Source: Hyalangium minutum
GTDB taxonomy: Bacteria > Myxococcota > Myxococcia > Myxococcales > Myxococcaceae
Direction of reading: 5' to 3'
Assembly (NCBI RefSeq): GCF_000737315.1
Contig: NZ_JMCB01000005.1
Span: 62,001 to 126,000, forward strand
DNA: 64,000 nucleotides
The notes under the pieces were generated by a model, which was not told the DNA's origin, searched no databases, and worked only from the letters and a program-made list of their open reading frames with translations. The first letter of the stretch is position 1. Each line of letters opens with the position of its first letter. The position numbers and the translations under genes were made by a program. Positions 48,048 to 57,359 of this stretch are shown here, piece after piece.

Positions 48048-49139
48048 TCACATGGCCGCTAATGAGGGCTGTCCCTCGCGCGTGAACTCTTCAATCTCCG
48101 CCATGCACCGGCGGGTCTCGTGCTCGGTGAGGAAGACGCGCAGCGCCTCGCGGATGGAGGGCATGGCCTGGATGAGTGTTCCCACGTTCAGGTGCTCGGG
48201 GTCCACGTTGGCCCGGCGGCAGGCGCGCGTGATGGTCGTGGCGGCGATCACCGGCGACAGGCCGCTGCACGCCACCACCCGATCAAAGAGCCGGCCCGGG
48301 GCAGCGCTGGCCATCGAGGAGCGGGGCATGGCATGCCGGGGGGGCTCGTCCTCCGCGGCGCGCCGCCGCAGCAGGTTGCGCACCTGCGCGCGCAGCAGCG
48401 TCATGTCGCTCGCCTTGGGGCAGAACGCATCCACCCCCGCCGCGAGCGCCTCCGCCATCTTCTGGCTCTCGAAGAGCGCGGTGAACATCAGCAGCGGCAC
48501 CGTGGCCATCTTCGGATCCGCGCGGATGATGCGCGCCGCCGCGATGCCATCCATCCGCGGCAGCACCAGGTCCATCAGGATGCAGTCCACCGGCTGCGCC
48601 TTCAGCAGCGAGAGCGCCTCCTCGGCCGAGACCGCGGCGATGAGGTCATGCCCGTCCTTGCGCAGCTCCTCCACCACGGCATGGAGGAAGGTGGGGCTGT
48701 CATCCACCACCAGCACCCGGCGGCGGCGCGCGGCGGCCACCAGCTTCGGCTCCAGGTCCATCGTGGTGGAGCGCGCCCGCGTCAGCTCCCGGGCCCGCTT
48801 CACCACCAGGGCCGGATCGTACGGCTTGCCCACGTAGTCGTTGGCCCCGCCGCTCAGGCCTCGGAGCCGGGCCTTCACGGCCGCCTCCGCGGAGAGCACG
48901 AGCACGGGCACATGGGCCGTGCGCTCCTCGGCGCGAAGCTGGATGAGCAGCTCCACGCCGTCTCCATCCTGGAGGATGACGTCGAGGATGATCAGATCGA
49001 CCCACTCCTCGGAGAGCGCCTTGCGCGCTGCCGCGATGCCTCCACACACCAGGGTATTGAAGCCCGCGGCGCTGAGTACCCCGCGGAGATCCGCTCGCAC
49101 AGTCGCGCTGTCATCGACGATGAGCACACTGGGTTTCAT
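48048..49139 (-). CDS. Tandem-REC response regulator with a small C-terminal domain of unknown function
   Basis: ATG 49139 overlaps the cheB stop; REC1 IVDDS/ILDV/GKPYD, REC2 VVDDS/LMDL/PK; C-terminal ~80 aa LFDRVVACSGLS...RACRRA.VDP. Confidence 0.85.
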   Translation of the reverse strand: MKPSVLIVDDSATVRADLRGVLSAAGFNTLVCGGIAAARKALSEEWVDLIILDVILQDGDGVELLIQLRAEERTAHVPVLVLSAEAAVKARLRGLSGGANDYVGKPYDPALVVKRARELTRARSTTMDLEPKLVAAARRRRVLVVDDSPTFLHAVVEELRKDGHDLIAAVSAEEALSLLKAQPVDCILMDLVLPRMDGIAAARIIRADPKMATVPLLMFTALFESQKMAEALAAGVDAFCPKASDMTLLRAQVRNLLRRRAAEDEPPRHAMPRSSMASAAPGRLFDRVVACSGLSPVIAATTITRACRRANVDPEHLNVGTLIQAMPSIREALRVFLTEHETRRCMAEIEEFTREGQPSLAAM

Positions 49140-49786
49140 GCTGGCCTTCCTTTCACTGCCGTGCGCGCGAGTGCCGCCAGGCACCCGGGCAGATCCTGCA
49201 ACCCGACGACGTGTTGGACCGCGCCCAGCCGGATGGCCTCGCACGGCATTCCAAAGACGGCGGAGCTGGCCTCGTCCTGAGCCAGCGTTGTTGCGCCCAC
49301 CTTCTGGAGCGCCTGAAGCCCCTGGGCTCCGTCCCGCCCCATCCCCGTCAGCAGGCAGCCAATGGCGTACGGCCCAAGCTGCTGCGCGGCCGACTCGAAG
49401 AGCACATCCACCGAGGGACGGCACGAGTGCCGCTCCGGCTCGTCCGTCAGCCACAGCCGGCCGCTGTGCATCCGCAGGTGCCGGTTGGCCCGTGCCATCA
49501 CCACCTGAGGAAGGCCCACCGGTGGCAGTGGCTCTCCGTCCACCGCCTGGCGCACGGGGAAGGGCGCGTCCTTGCCCAGCAACTCTATCAGCGTGTTCTC
49601 GAAGGACTCGGAGAGGTGGAGCACCAGGAAGATGGGCAGAGAGAAGTCTCGAGGCAGTCCCCGGATCAACTGCCGCACGGCCGTGGGGCCGCCGGTGGAG
49701 CCGCCCATCACGACCGCACGCGGAGCTCGCGCCGGAGCGGGCAGGAGCGGCGGCCTCGAAGGCCTGGGGAGAGTGAGCGATGTCAT
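49136..49786 (-). CDS. cheB: Chemotaxis methylesterase CheB, catalytic domain only (no REC)
   Basis: GGSTGG (Ser), VLHLS (His), RPSVDVLF, LTGMGRDGA (Asp), QDEASS.VFGMP. Confidence 0.88.
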   Translation of the reverse strand: MTSLTLPRPSRPPLLPAPARAPRAVVMGGSTGGPTAVRQLIRGLPRDFSLPIFLVLHLSESFENTLIELLGKDAPFPVRQAVDGEPLPPVGLPQVVMARANRHLRMHSGRLWLTDEPERHSCRPSVDVLFESAAQQLGPYAIGCLLTGMGRDGAQGLQALQKVGATTLAQDEASSAVFGMPCEAIRLGAVQHVVGLQDLPGCLAALARTAVKGRPA

Positions 49787-51861
49787 GGAGCAGTCCTCCG
49801 CTCTTCCGGCCCGCCGGAGAGGCGCGCCACGGTGTCGAGGAAGCCCTGTTGATCAAACTCGCCCTTGACGATGTACGCCGAGACCCCCACCTCTTTCCCG
49901 CGTCTCCGGGCTTCCTCGGTTCCCAGGGATGACACCATGATCACGGGCAGCGCCGCCAGTGAGGGGTGGGCCCGCAGTCTTCGGGTGAACTCCAGCCCGC
50001 TCATGCCCGGCATCTCCACATCCACGATGATGAGCGCTGGAGGGCTCTTGAGCACCTGCTCCATGCCCTCCTCGCCGGAGGCCGCCAGCGCCACGGCGTA
50101 GCCCGCGGACTCGAGGATGCTCTGCTCCAGCATCCGCGTCGTCACCGAGTCGTCGATGACGAGGATGCTGCGGCGGCGCATGGTGCGAGGCGCGGCCGGG
50201 AGTGCCGAGCCCTGGCGGACGCGCTGGGCCAGCCCCACCGCGTCCAGCACGAGCACGGGCTCGCCCTGGGCATCGAAGCTGGCGCCGGCCACCAGCGGCA
50301 GCGCGGGAACGGAGGGCGGCAGCGGCTTCACCACCACGCGGCGGATGCCGTACATCCGGTCCAGGCCCACCGCCACCTGCTCCGCGCCCTGGCCGAGCAC
50401 TGCCACCGACCACGGCCGGTTGCGCGCCTCCTCGGCTCGCCCCAGCACCGTCACCAGGGGGAGGAAGGGCACGGCCTGGCCCTCGTGGACGAAGGTGGCG
50501 TGGGCGCCCGTCCAGGTAAAGGACTCTGGGGGCAGGCGCACCGAGGCCGTCAGTGCATCCAGCGGCAGCAGCAGCCGCTGGCCGCCCGCCTCGGCCTCCA
50601 GCACCTCCTGCGAGATGAGGGAGACGGGCACCTCCAGCGTGAAGCGAGTGCCCAGGCCAGGCCGGCTGGTGGCGCTGGCTACGCCCTTCAGCTCGCGCGC
50701 CGTCTCCCGCAGCACATCCAGCCCCACTCCGCGGCCGGACACGTCCGTCACTTCGGAGGCCGTGCTGAAGCCCGCGCGGAAGAGCAGCTCCAGCAGGGCC
50801 TGCTCGTCGAGCGTCTCGGCCTCTCCCTCCGTGACGAGCCCGTGCTCCACTGCCGCTTGACGCACCCGCGCGAGGTCCACGCCGCGGCCATCGTCCTCGC
50901 AGGAGAAGCGCACCCGGGCGCCGCAGCGCTCCACGCGCACGCAGAGGCGGCCCTGCACCGGCTTGCCCAGCGAGAGCCGCTCCTCGGGCTCCTCCAGCCC
51001 ATGGTCCACCGCGTTGCGCACCACGTGGAGCAGCGCCTGGCGCACCGCCGCCAGCACGTGCCCATCCAGCCTCACGTCCTCGCCCTCGAGCTCGAAGGAG
51101 ACGCGCTTGCCCAGCGAGGCCGCGGCCTCGTGCGCCGCCAGCTCCAGCGGCTGGGCGAGGGAGGAGGCGGGAACCAGCCGCAGCGCATGGCTGGCATCGC
51201 GCAGCCGCGTCAGCTCGTTCTCCGCCTTGCCCAGCCCACCATCCAGCCAGCGCCCCGCCCGGGAGAGCGCGCTGTGGAGCGCATCGGCCACCGCCAGCGT
51301 GCGGGAGAGCCACCGGGCGTGCTCGGCGGGCGAGGCGCTCGAAGCCGCGGGGGCGGTGAGCAGCTCCAGCAACCCTTGCGAGGCCCGCCGCGCCTGCCCT
51401 ACCGCCTCCACCGACTGCCGCAGCCCACCAAGCTGCACCACCGCCTCCGCCACCCCATCCAGCAGCTCGTCCAGCGCCGCCAGCTCCACGCGCACCGTCT
51501 CCCTCGCGGGCGCGGAGGGAGCGGCCTCCGGGGTGCTCGGCGCGGGAGACCCCACCGCCTCCAGCACCCCACGCATCTGCCCCACCAGCTTGAGGAACTC
51601 CCCCACACTCTCGCGCGGCAGCGGCGCGCCCTGCGCGCGGTAGGGCGCGAGCGCGTCCTCCAGCGCGTGGGCCATCTCCGCCAGCTGGGCCTGCTTCACC
51701 ACCTGCGCGGCGCCCTTGAGCGTGTGCGCCCAGCGGAACAGCTGCGGCACCACCTGCGGATCCTCGCCACCTTCCTGCAGGGAAACGAAGCCCTGGCTGA
51801 GCTGCTCCAGCAGCTCGCGGGCCTCGACCTGGAAGTGGCTGAAGACGCCGGGAGGGTTCAT
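49783..51861 (-). CDS. cheA: Hybrid CheA (Hpt-HATPase-CheW-REC)
   Basis: AHTLKG Hpt; [36 protein letters not shown]; C-terminal REC DDS..VDVEMPG. Confidence 0.92.
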   Translation of the reverse strand: MNPPGVFSHFQVEARELLEQLSQGFVSLQEGGEDPQVVPQLFRWAHTLKGAAQVVKQAQLAEMAHALEDALAPYRAQGAPLPRESVGEFLKLVGQMRGVLEAVGSPAPSTPEAAPSAPARETVRVELAALDELLDGVAEAVVQLGGLRQSVEAVGQARRASQGLLELLTAPAASSASPAEHARWLSRTLAVADALHSALSRAGRWLDGGLGKAENELTRLRDASHALRLVPASSLAQPLELAAHEAAASLGKRVSFELEGEDVRLDGHVLAAVRQALLHVVRNAVDHGLEEPEERLSLGKPVQGRLCVRVERCGARVRFSCEDDGRGVDLARVRQAAVEHGLVTEGEAETLDEQALLELLFRAGFSTASEVTDVSGRGVGLDVLRETARELKGVASATSRPGLGTRFTLEVPVSLISQEVLEAEAGGQRLLLPLDALTASVRLPPESFTWTGAHATFVHEGQAVPFLPLVTVLGRAEEARNRPWSVAVLGQGAEQVAVGLDRMYGIRRVVVKPLPPSVPALPLVAGASFDAQGEPVLVLDAVGLAQRVRQGSALPAAPRTMRRRSILVIDDSVTTRMLEQSILESAGYAVALAASGEEGMEQVLKSPPALIIVDVEMPGMSGLEFTRRLRAHPSLAALPVIMVSSLGTEEARRRGKEVGVSAYIVKGEFDQQGFLDTVARLSGGPEERRTAP

Positions 51862-53336
51862 CTCGCGTTCGTGTGCCGGGCATCCACCAGCGTCGCGAGC
51901 TGGCGGGAGAGTTGGATGAGGTGCGTGGAGGTCTGCAACGTTTGAGAAGAACTCACCTCCGTCTGCTTGGCGGTGACGGCCACCTGCTGAATGGCGGCGC
52001 TCACCTGCTCCACCGCCGAGGTCTGCTGCTGGGTGCTCAGCTCAATCTGCCGCGCCACGTCCAGGTTGGCGCTCGTCAGCTCGGAGATGCGCCGGAAGGT
52101 GCCGGCCACTTCGGCGAACTGCCGGGCGCCGTTCTGCACCGCCTTGGAGCCATCCTCGGTGGCCATGATGGTGGTGTTGGCTGCCGCGCGGACCTCGTCG
52201 ATGAGGGTGCGCACATCCTTGGTGGAGACGCCCACCCGGTCCGCCAGCTTGCGAATCTCCTCGGCCACCACCGCGAAGCGCCGCCCGTGCTCGCCCGCGC
52301 CCGCGCTCTCGATGGTGGCGTTGATGGCGAGGATGTTCGTCTGCTCGGCCAGCTCGTTGATGATGTCCAGGATGCCGCCGATCTGCTGGGTGCGCTTGCC
52401 CAGGTCCAGCATGTGGCTGACGATGACGTCCACCTGGCGGCGCACCGACTCGATGGCCTCCTGGGCCCGGTCCACCGTCTGCACGCCCTGGCCGGTGGCG
52501 TTGGCCGTCTCGTCCGCGGCCAGGGATACCTGCTGCGCGCTGCCGGCGATCTGCCGGAACGTGGAGAGCAGCTCCTTGACGGTGGTGGAGACCTCCGTGG
52601 TGGCCGAGGCCTGCTCGCGCGCGCCCGCGGCCTGCTGCGTGGCGGCCGCCTGCAGCTCCGTGGAGGAGCTCTGCACGTGCTCCACCGCCAGGCCGATCTG
52701 CCGCCGCAGCCCGCGGGTGATGTAGACGCCCGCGCCGATGATGACGATGATCAGCGCGCCCACGCCCAGCTCCGACAGCAGGGTGAGGAAGTGGGCCTCC
52801 TCCTGGGCCACGCGGTCGCGCTCCTGGAGCAGGTTCTGCTCCACGGACACCATCTCGGCGACCCGGGAGCGCAGATCCCGGATGGTCTCCCGCGTCTTCG
52901 GGGTGAGGATGAGCGACTGGGTGGTCTCGAAGCCGTGCTCGCGGCGCGTGGCGATGACGGTGCGCATCTCCTCTATCCGGGCCTCGAGGCCGGGCCGCAG
53001 CGACGCCAGCCGGCGCATCTGCTCGGGGTCGTCCATGAGCAGCCGGCTCAGATCATCCATGGCCTTGCGCAGGTCCGCTTCGCCCTCCACGAAGGTATCC
53101 AGCGAGGACTCCTGCCCGGTGATGACGAAGCCACGCGTCCCCATCTCCGCCGCTCGCATGTTGGAAGGGATGGCTTCCAGCCGTCCGATCACCTGATAGG
53201 TGTGGGCCACGCGCTGGCTGGACTCCAGGAACCGGCGGTTGGCCATCAGCCCCACGATGGCGAGAGGGATCATGATGAGCATGACCGCGGCATACCCGGC
53301 GGCGATCTGCTGGCCGACCGTCAACTTCCGACGCAT
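51858..53336 (-). CDS. Methyl-accepting chemotaxis protein with CHASE3 sensor
   Basis: TM-V.HT..V..L...AE.G.RGFVITG..SLD CHASE3-TM; signalling hairpin [34 protein letters not shown]. Confidence 0.9.
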   Translation of the reverse strand: MRRKLTVGQQIAAGYAAVMLIMIPLAIVGLMANRRFLESSQRVAHTYQVIGRLEAIPSNMRAAEMGTRGFVITGQESSLDTFVEGEADLRKAMDDLSRLLMDDPEQMRRLASLRPGLEARIEEMRTVIATRREHGFETTQSLILTPKTRETIRDLRSRVAEMVSVEQNLLQERDRVAQEEAHFLTLLSELGVGALIIVIIGAGVYITRGLRRQIGLAVEHVQSSSTELQAAATQQAAGAREQASATTEVSTTVKELLSTFRQIAGSAQQVSLAADETANATGQGVQTVDRAQEAIESVRRQVDVIVSHMLDLGKRTQQIGGILDIINELAEQTNILAINATIESAGAGEHGRRFAVVAEEIRKLADRVGVSTKDVRTLIDEVRAAANTTIMATEDGSKAVQNGARQFAEVAGTFRRISELTSANLDVARQIELSTQQQTSAVEQVSAAIQQVAVTAKQTEVSSSQTLQTSTHLIQLSRQLATLVDARHTNAR

Positions 53337-53339
53337 GAA

Positions 53340-53873
53340 CTACCTCTCAATTCGCGGAGCTTGGGCTCCGTCCAGCAAGTCCTTCACCAACGAAGCCATA
53401 TCGAGCACGGGCAGTGGCGGCTCCCCGGGCCGCAGCACGGCGGAGCTCAAGTAGGGCCGGGGCGCGGCGCCCGCGTGGGGCCGCAGTTGCCCGGGAGGGA
53501 CGCGGAGCTGGCCCTCGAAGCCTCCCGCGGCCAGCCCCACGCGCTGCGAGGCATCTCCCAGCAGCAGCCAGCGCGGAGGCTCGTCCAGGGGCAGCCCGAG
53601 GCACGTCGCCAGCGAGTGCACCGCCACGAGCTGCCCGCGCAGGCCCACCACCCCCAGCAACCCGGGAGGGCTGTCCGGCAGGGCCACGACGCGGGCCAGG
53701 GCGTGGAGGCCCTTGAGTTGGTTCAGGGGCACCGCCAGCACCGTTCCGCCCACGCTCAGGCGCAGCAGGACCTCCCGGTGGGCCTCCGCGAGGACGGCGG
53801 GACGCGCGAAGGAGGCGTCGAACTCCGATTTCAGCTCAGCCAGCCGCTGCGAGAGTTCCTCGTGGCTCTTCAT
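53340..53873 (-). CDS. cheW: CheW adaptor
   Basis: LAVPL..L......LP..P.GLLGVVGLRGQLVAV.SL; ATG overlaps the cheR stop. Confidence 0.85.
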   Translation of the reverse strand: MKSHEELSQRLAELKSEFDASFARPAVLAEAHREVLLRLSVGGTVLAVPLNQLKGLHALARVVALPDSPPGLLGVVGLRGQLVAVHSLATCLGLPLDEPPRWLLLGDASQRVGLAAGGFEGQLRVPPGQLRPHAGAAPRPYLSSAVLRPGEPPLPVLDMASLVKDLLDGAQAPRIER

Positions 53874-55315
53874 GGGCCCTCCGAGCACGCGAGCAGCTCT
53901 CGCTGGCAGACCTGCATCAACCCGTGGCGGCCGAACCCCCCGCCGAACAGCGCGAGGTGAACGGGCTGCTCGTGGGCGAGCAGGGTGAGCGCCAGCCGCA
54001 GCGCCACGCGGGCGGTGAGGGGCGTTCCGTCCCTCCGCGCGAGCATGCCCAGGCGCAGGTGGCCGAGGGCAAAGGTGGGCTCCAGGTGGACGGCGCGCTC
54101 ATAGCGGGCCCGCGCGCTGGGCCCGTCTCCGGCCTGCTCGCGGCACAGGCCCAGCAGGTAGTTCGCCCCGGCGCCCTGCACCCCACGCTCGACGAGCACC
54201 TCGCTCAGCCGCTCCGCCTCCTGGAAGCGGCCGGCCTGCAGGTGGAGCGCGGCGCGCAGCAACTGCATCACCGGCTGCTCCCGCTCGGACTCGGGCAGCC
54301 CCTCCAGCCAGGAGCGGGCGTCGGCATAGCGCTCCTCCTCGAAGAGGCGCCAGGCGCGGGCCGTGCCCTCTGGCGTGGCCGCGGTGTCCTTCGGCCGGGG
54401 GAGGGAGCCCCCCAGCGGCGTGGGCATGGAGAAGGGAGCGGGCGTGGCGCGAGGCGCGGGAGTGGCCACGGGCGTCAGGGTACCGGGGCGAGGGGTGGCT
54501 CGCGTAGCGCGGCCGCGCTGGAAGTAGAAGGCATCGCCCGCCTGCTGTATCTCGAAGGACTCCGAAAGTCCCCGCAGGTTCTCGGAGGGGCCCAGGAACA
54601 GGAACCCACCGGGCGTGAGCGCCTGCTCCAGCCGGGCGATGACCCGCCGGGCCGTCTCGGGCGAGAAGTAGATGAGGACGTTGCGGCAGAGGATGACGTC
54701 GAAGGAGCCCGGCATCCAGAAGGGAGAGTCCTCCAGCAGGTTGCGCTCCTCGAAGACGACGGAGTCGCGCAGGTCTGGCCGCAGGGCGAACCCGCCGTCC
54801 GGCAGCGAGAAGAACCACCGCTCGCGCAGGAACTCGGGGGTGGAGCGCAGGGCCCAGGGCGCGTAGTGGGCCCAGCGCGCGCGGGCGATGGCGCGCGGGT
54901 TGAGATCCATGCCGGTGATGAAGAGGCGCTCGGCGTCCACGCGGGGGCTCTCGCGCCCGAGGATGGCCAGCGAGTACGGCTCCTCTCCAGTGGAGCACCC
55001 GGCGGAGAGCACGCGGGCAGGGCGGCCCTCGCGCTGCACCCACGGGAGGACCCGCTCCACCAGGGCCTCGAGCTGGACTTGGTGACGGAAGAAGTACGTC
55101 TCGCCCACGGTGAGGCGCTCGGCCAGGGCGCGCAGCTCGGGATCGCTGGGCCCGGCCGTCTCCAGCTGGTCGAGGTAGTCGTCCCAGCGGCGGCGGGGGG
55201 CCAGGTCGGCCAGGAGTGTGGCCAGCTCCTGCCGCGTCTCGAGGGCGGGCACCAGTCCGAGGCGCCGCTCCACGAGCCCGGCGAGCCGGTCGATGAGCAC
55301 GTCCTGCTCGCTCAT
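53870..55315 (-). CDS. cheR: CheR methyltransferase with C-terminal TPRs
   Basis: TVGETYFFRH, SAGCSTGEEPYS, DVILCRNVLIYF; TPR helices; ATG 55315 overlaps the upstream cheW stop. Confidence 0.9.
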   Translation of the reverse strand: MSEQDVLIDRLAGLVERRLGLVPALETRQELATLLADLAPRRRWDDYLDQLETAGPSDPELRALAERLTVGETYFFRHQVQLEALVERVLPWVQREGRPARVLSAGCSTGEEPYSLAILGRESPRVDAERLFITGMDLNPRAIARARWAHYAPWALRSTPEFLRERWFFSLPDGGFALRPDLRDSVVFEERNLLEDSPFWMPGSFDVILCRNVLIYFSPETARRVIARLEQALTPGGFLFLGPSENLRGLSESFEIQQAGDAFYFQRGRATRATPRPGTLTPVATPAPRATPAPFSMPTPLGGSLPRPKDTAATPEGTARAWRLFEEERYADARSWLEGLPESEREQPVMQLLRAALHLQAGRFQEAERLSEVLVERGVQGAGANYLLGLCREQAGDGPSARARYERAVHLEPTFALGHLRLGMLARRDGTPLTARVALRLALTLLAHEQPVHLALFGGGFGRHGLMQVCQRELLACSEGP

Positions 55316-55776
55316 GCCGCACCTCCGGAGGAGGCCAGCCGGGACCACGCATCCGCCGGCAGCAGGCGGGCCGCGCTCAGCGCTCCGAGCAACTGGCCAT
55401 CCAGCGTGCCCAGCACCTCGAGGTGGCCGGACGCGGCGCCTTGCAGCAGCGGGGGAACGGCCCCCAGCTCCGAGGCGTTGAGCTCGCGCAGTCCGAGCAC
55501 CTCATCCACCTCCAGGGCCACCTGGCGCGCGGAGACGCGGAGCAGGACGAAGCGCCGGGGCTCGGTCGAGGCCGCGCCGCCCATCAGCGCCGCGAGGCTG
55601 AGCACCGGCGTGGGCTCGCCGCGCACCACGGACACGCCGCGCACGAAGGAGGGCACTCCGGCGACAGGGGACACGGGCAGCGGGCGCAAGGTCTCGATGA
55701 CCTCGCCCATCGGCAGCGCGCACCTCCAGCCGTGCGCACGGACCATGAGAAAACGTCCCGCGACTTCACCCGGCAT
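55312..55776 (-). CDS. cheW: CheW adaptor
   Basis: CALPMGEVIE.LRPLP......P.FV.GVS.VRG...PV.SL, VALEVDEVLG. Confidence 0.85.
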   Translation of the reverse strand: MPGEVAGRFLMVRAHGWRCALPMGEVIETLRPLPVSPVAGVPSFVRGVSVVRGEPTPVLSLAALMGGAASTEPRRFVLLRVSARQVALEVDEVLGLRELNASELGAVPPLLQGAASGHLEVLGTLDGQLLGALSAARLLPADAWSRLASSGGAA

Positions 55777-55842
55777 TCCGCCCCCTCTGGCGCAACAGGG
55801 GCGTTATGACGGACGGTGAATTTCTCCGCCGTGTCATTTTCA

Positions 55843-55862
55843 GGACGGTGCCATGACCGTCC
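55843..55862. promoter_or_regulatory. Palindrome upstream of the chemosensory operon (candidate operator)
   Basis: GGACGGT-GCCATG-ACCGTCC, with related ATGACGG/GGACGG motifs nearby in a lower-GC intergenic region. Confidence 0.3.
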
Positions 55863-55942
55863 GAAAGCAGACAGGTAGGGATGACGGAATTATCCAGAGA
55901 ACCCGAATTTCGAGGTCAAAACGGCCTCTCCATTCTCGGCGC

Positions 55943-56431
55943 TCAAGAAGATTGAAAGCGGAACGGGTGGCGGACGTGGGTGGGATAGGAGGAGTCGGAC
56001 GCGCGGAAGATCCAGCTCTTCACCTCTTGGAGCACGCAGCTCGCGAGTTCACTGTTACCGGTGGTGTTGGAGGTCACGGTGGCGCCGAAGACGTTGCCGC
56101 CTGGGGAGATGTCCCACTCCACGATGACTTCGCCTTGAACTGCGGGGGACCAGGCGCGAGCGCGGGCGTAGCAGCTCTCGATCTGCGGCGAGTGGCTGCG
56201 GATGACCGCGAGGTACGGCTCTTCTTGGAAGGGGGGAGGCTGGCTCGGCAACTGAGGCGGGGGTGCATCGTCGTGGGGCTGGGAGGGCGCGGGCGTGTCG
56301 GGGGTGGGCTGCTGCGGAGGCGGAGGCCGAGGCTTCTCGGTGCGGGGAGGAAACTTCGCCTTGGCCCTGCCCGTGTTCGGAACCTGGTTCAGGGAGAGGG
56401 CCAGCAGTGCCATCGCCGCGACGTGGATCAT
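55943..56431 (-). CDS. Exported AgmX/PglI C-terminal (TonB_C-like) domain protein
   Basis: Signal peptide, Pro-rich linker, I..H...I..CY......QG.V.V.W.I...G.V..........EL.SCV...V..W.F. Confidence 0.75.
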   Translation of the reverse strand: MIHVAAMALLALSLNQVPNTGRAKAKFPPRTEKPRPPPPQQPTPDTPAPSQPHDDAPPPQLPSQPPPFQEEPYLAVIRSHSPQIESCYARARAWSPAVQGEVIVEWDISPGGNVFGATVTSNTTGNSELASCVLQEVKSWIFRASDSSYPTHVRHPFRFQSS

Positions 56432-56508
56432 GCGGGCATGTCTAGCATAGGCAATCCGGCTTCATTCATGATGCGGCCGGGGCTGGAGCCTCTTCCAAGG
56501 ATCGAACA

Positions 56509-57312
56509 ATGCCGGACCGGATGCCCGTGGTGTTCCTGCCGCACGGCGGCGGCCCCTGGCCCTTCGTGGACCTGGGCTTTGATGACAAGCCGGGCTTCGA
56601 CGCGCTGTCGGGCTACCTGCGCTCGGTGCGCGCTGTGCCCAAGACAGGGCCCAAGGCCCTGCTGGTCATCTCGGCGCACTGGGAGGAGCCACTGCCCACG
56701 GTGATGACCGCCGAGCGCCCGCCCATGCTCTACGACTACTACGGCTTCCCGCCCGAGTCGTACGCGCTCACGTGGCCCGCGCCGGGCCATCCGAAGCTCG
56801 CCGAGCGCGTGCGGCAGCTTCTCGGGGCGGCGGGGTTCCAGACGGCGGCGGACCCTCAGCGTGGCTACGATCACGGCACCTTCGTGCCGCTCAAGCTGAC
56901 GTATCCCGAGGCGGACGTGCCCGTGGTGCAGCTGTCGCTCAAGCAGGGACTGGATCCCCAGGAGCACCTGGCGATGGGGCGTGCGCTGGCGCCGCTGCGC
57001 GACGAGGGCGTGTTCATCATCGGCAGCGGGATGACGTTCCACAACCTGCGGGCGTTCATGGATCCGCGCTCGCGCGGCATTGCCGAGCAGTTCGACGCGT
57101 GGCTGCGGGAGTCGGCCACGCTGGAGCCGAAGGAGCGCGATGGCCGGCTGATCCACTGGGAGGAAGCTCCGGTGGCGCGGCTGGCGCACCCGCGAGAGGA
57201 GCACCTGCTGCCGCTGATGGTCATCGCTGGAGCGGCGGGCTCGGACCGGGGAACCACGGCGTACAACGCCACGTTTATGGGCCTGCGCCTGTCCGCCTAT
57301 CACTTCGGGTAG
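56509..57312 (+). CDS. DODA/LigB-family extradiol ring-cleavage dioxygenase (YgiD-like)
   Basis: PHGGGP, ISAHW, RGYDHGTFVPL, GSGMTFHNL, AHPREEHLLPL. Confidence 0.88.
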   Translation: MPDRMPVVFLPHGGGPWPFVDLGFDDKPGFDALSGYLRSVRAVPKTGPKALLVISAHWEEPLPTVMTAERPPMLYDYYGFPPESYALTWPAPGHPKLAERVRQLLGAAGFQTAADPQRGYDHGTFVPLKLTYPEADVPVVQLSLKQGLDPQEHLAMGRALAPLRDEGVFIIGSGMTFHNLRAFMDPRSRGIAEQFDAWLRESATLEPKERDGRLIHWEEAPVARLAHPREEHLLPLMVIAGAAGSDRGTTAYNATFMGLRLSAYHFG

Positions 57313-57359
57313 GCGAGGGCGGACTGGGTCTCAGGGCTGCTCGATTCATCCCAGGCGCC

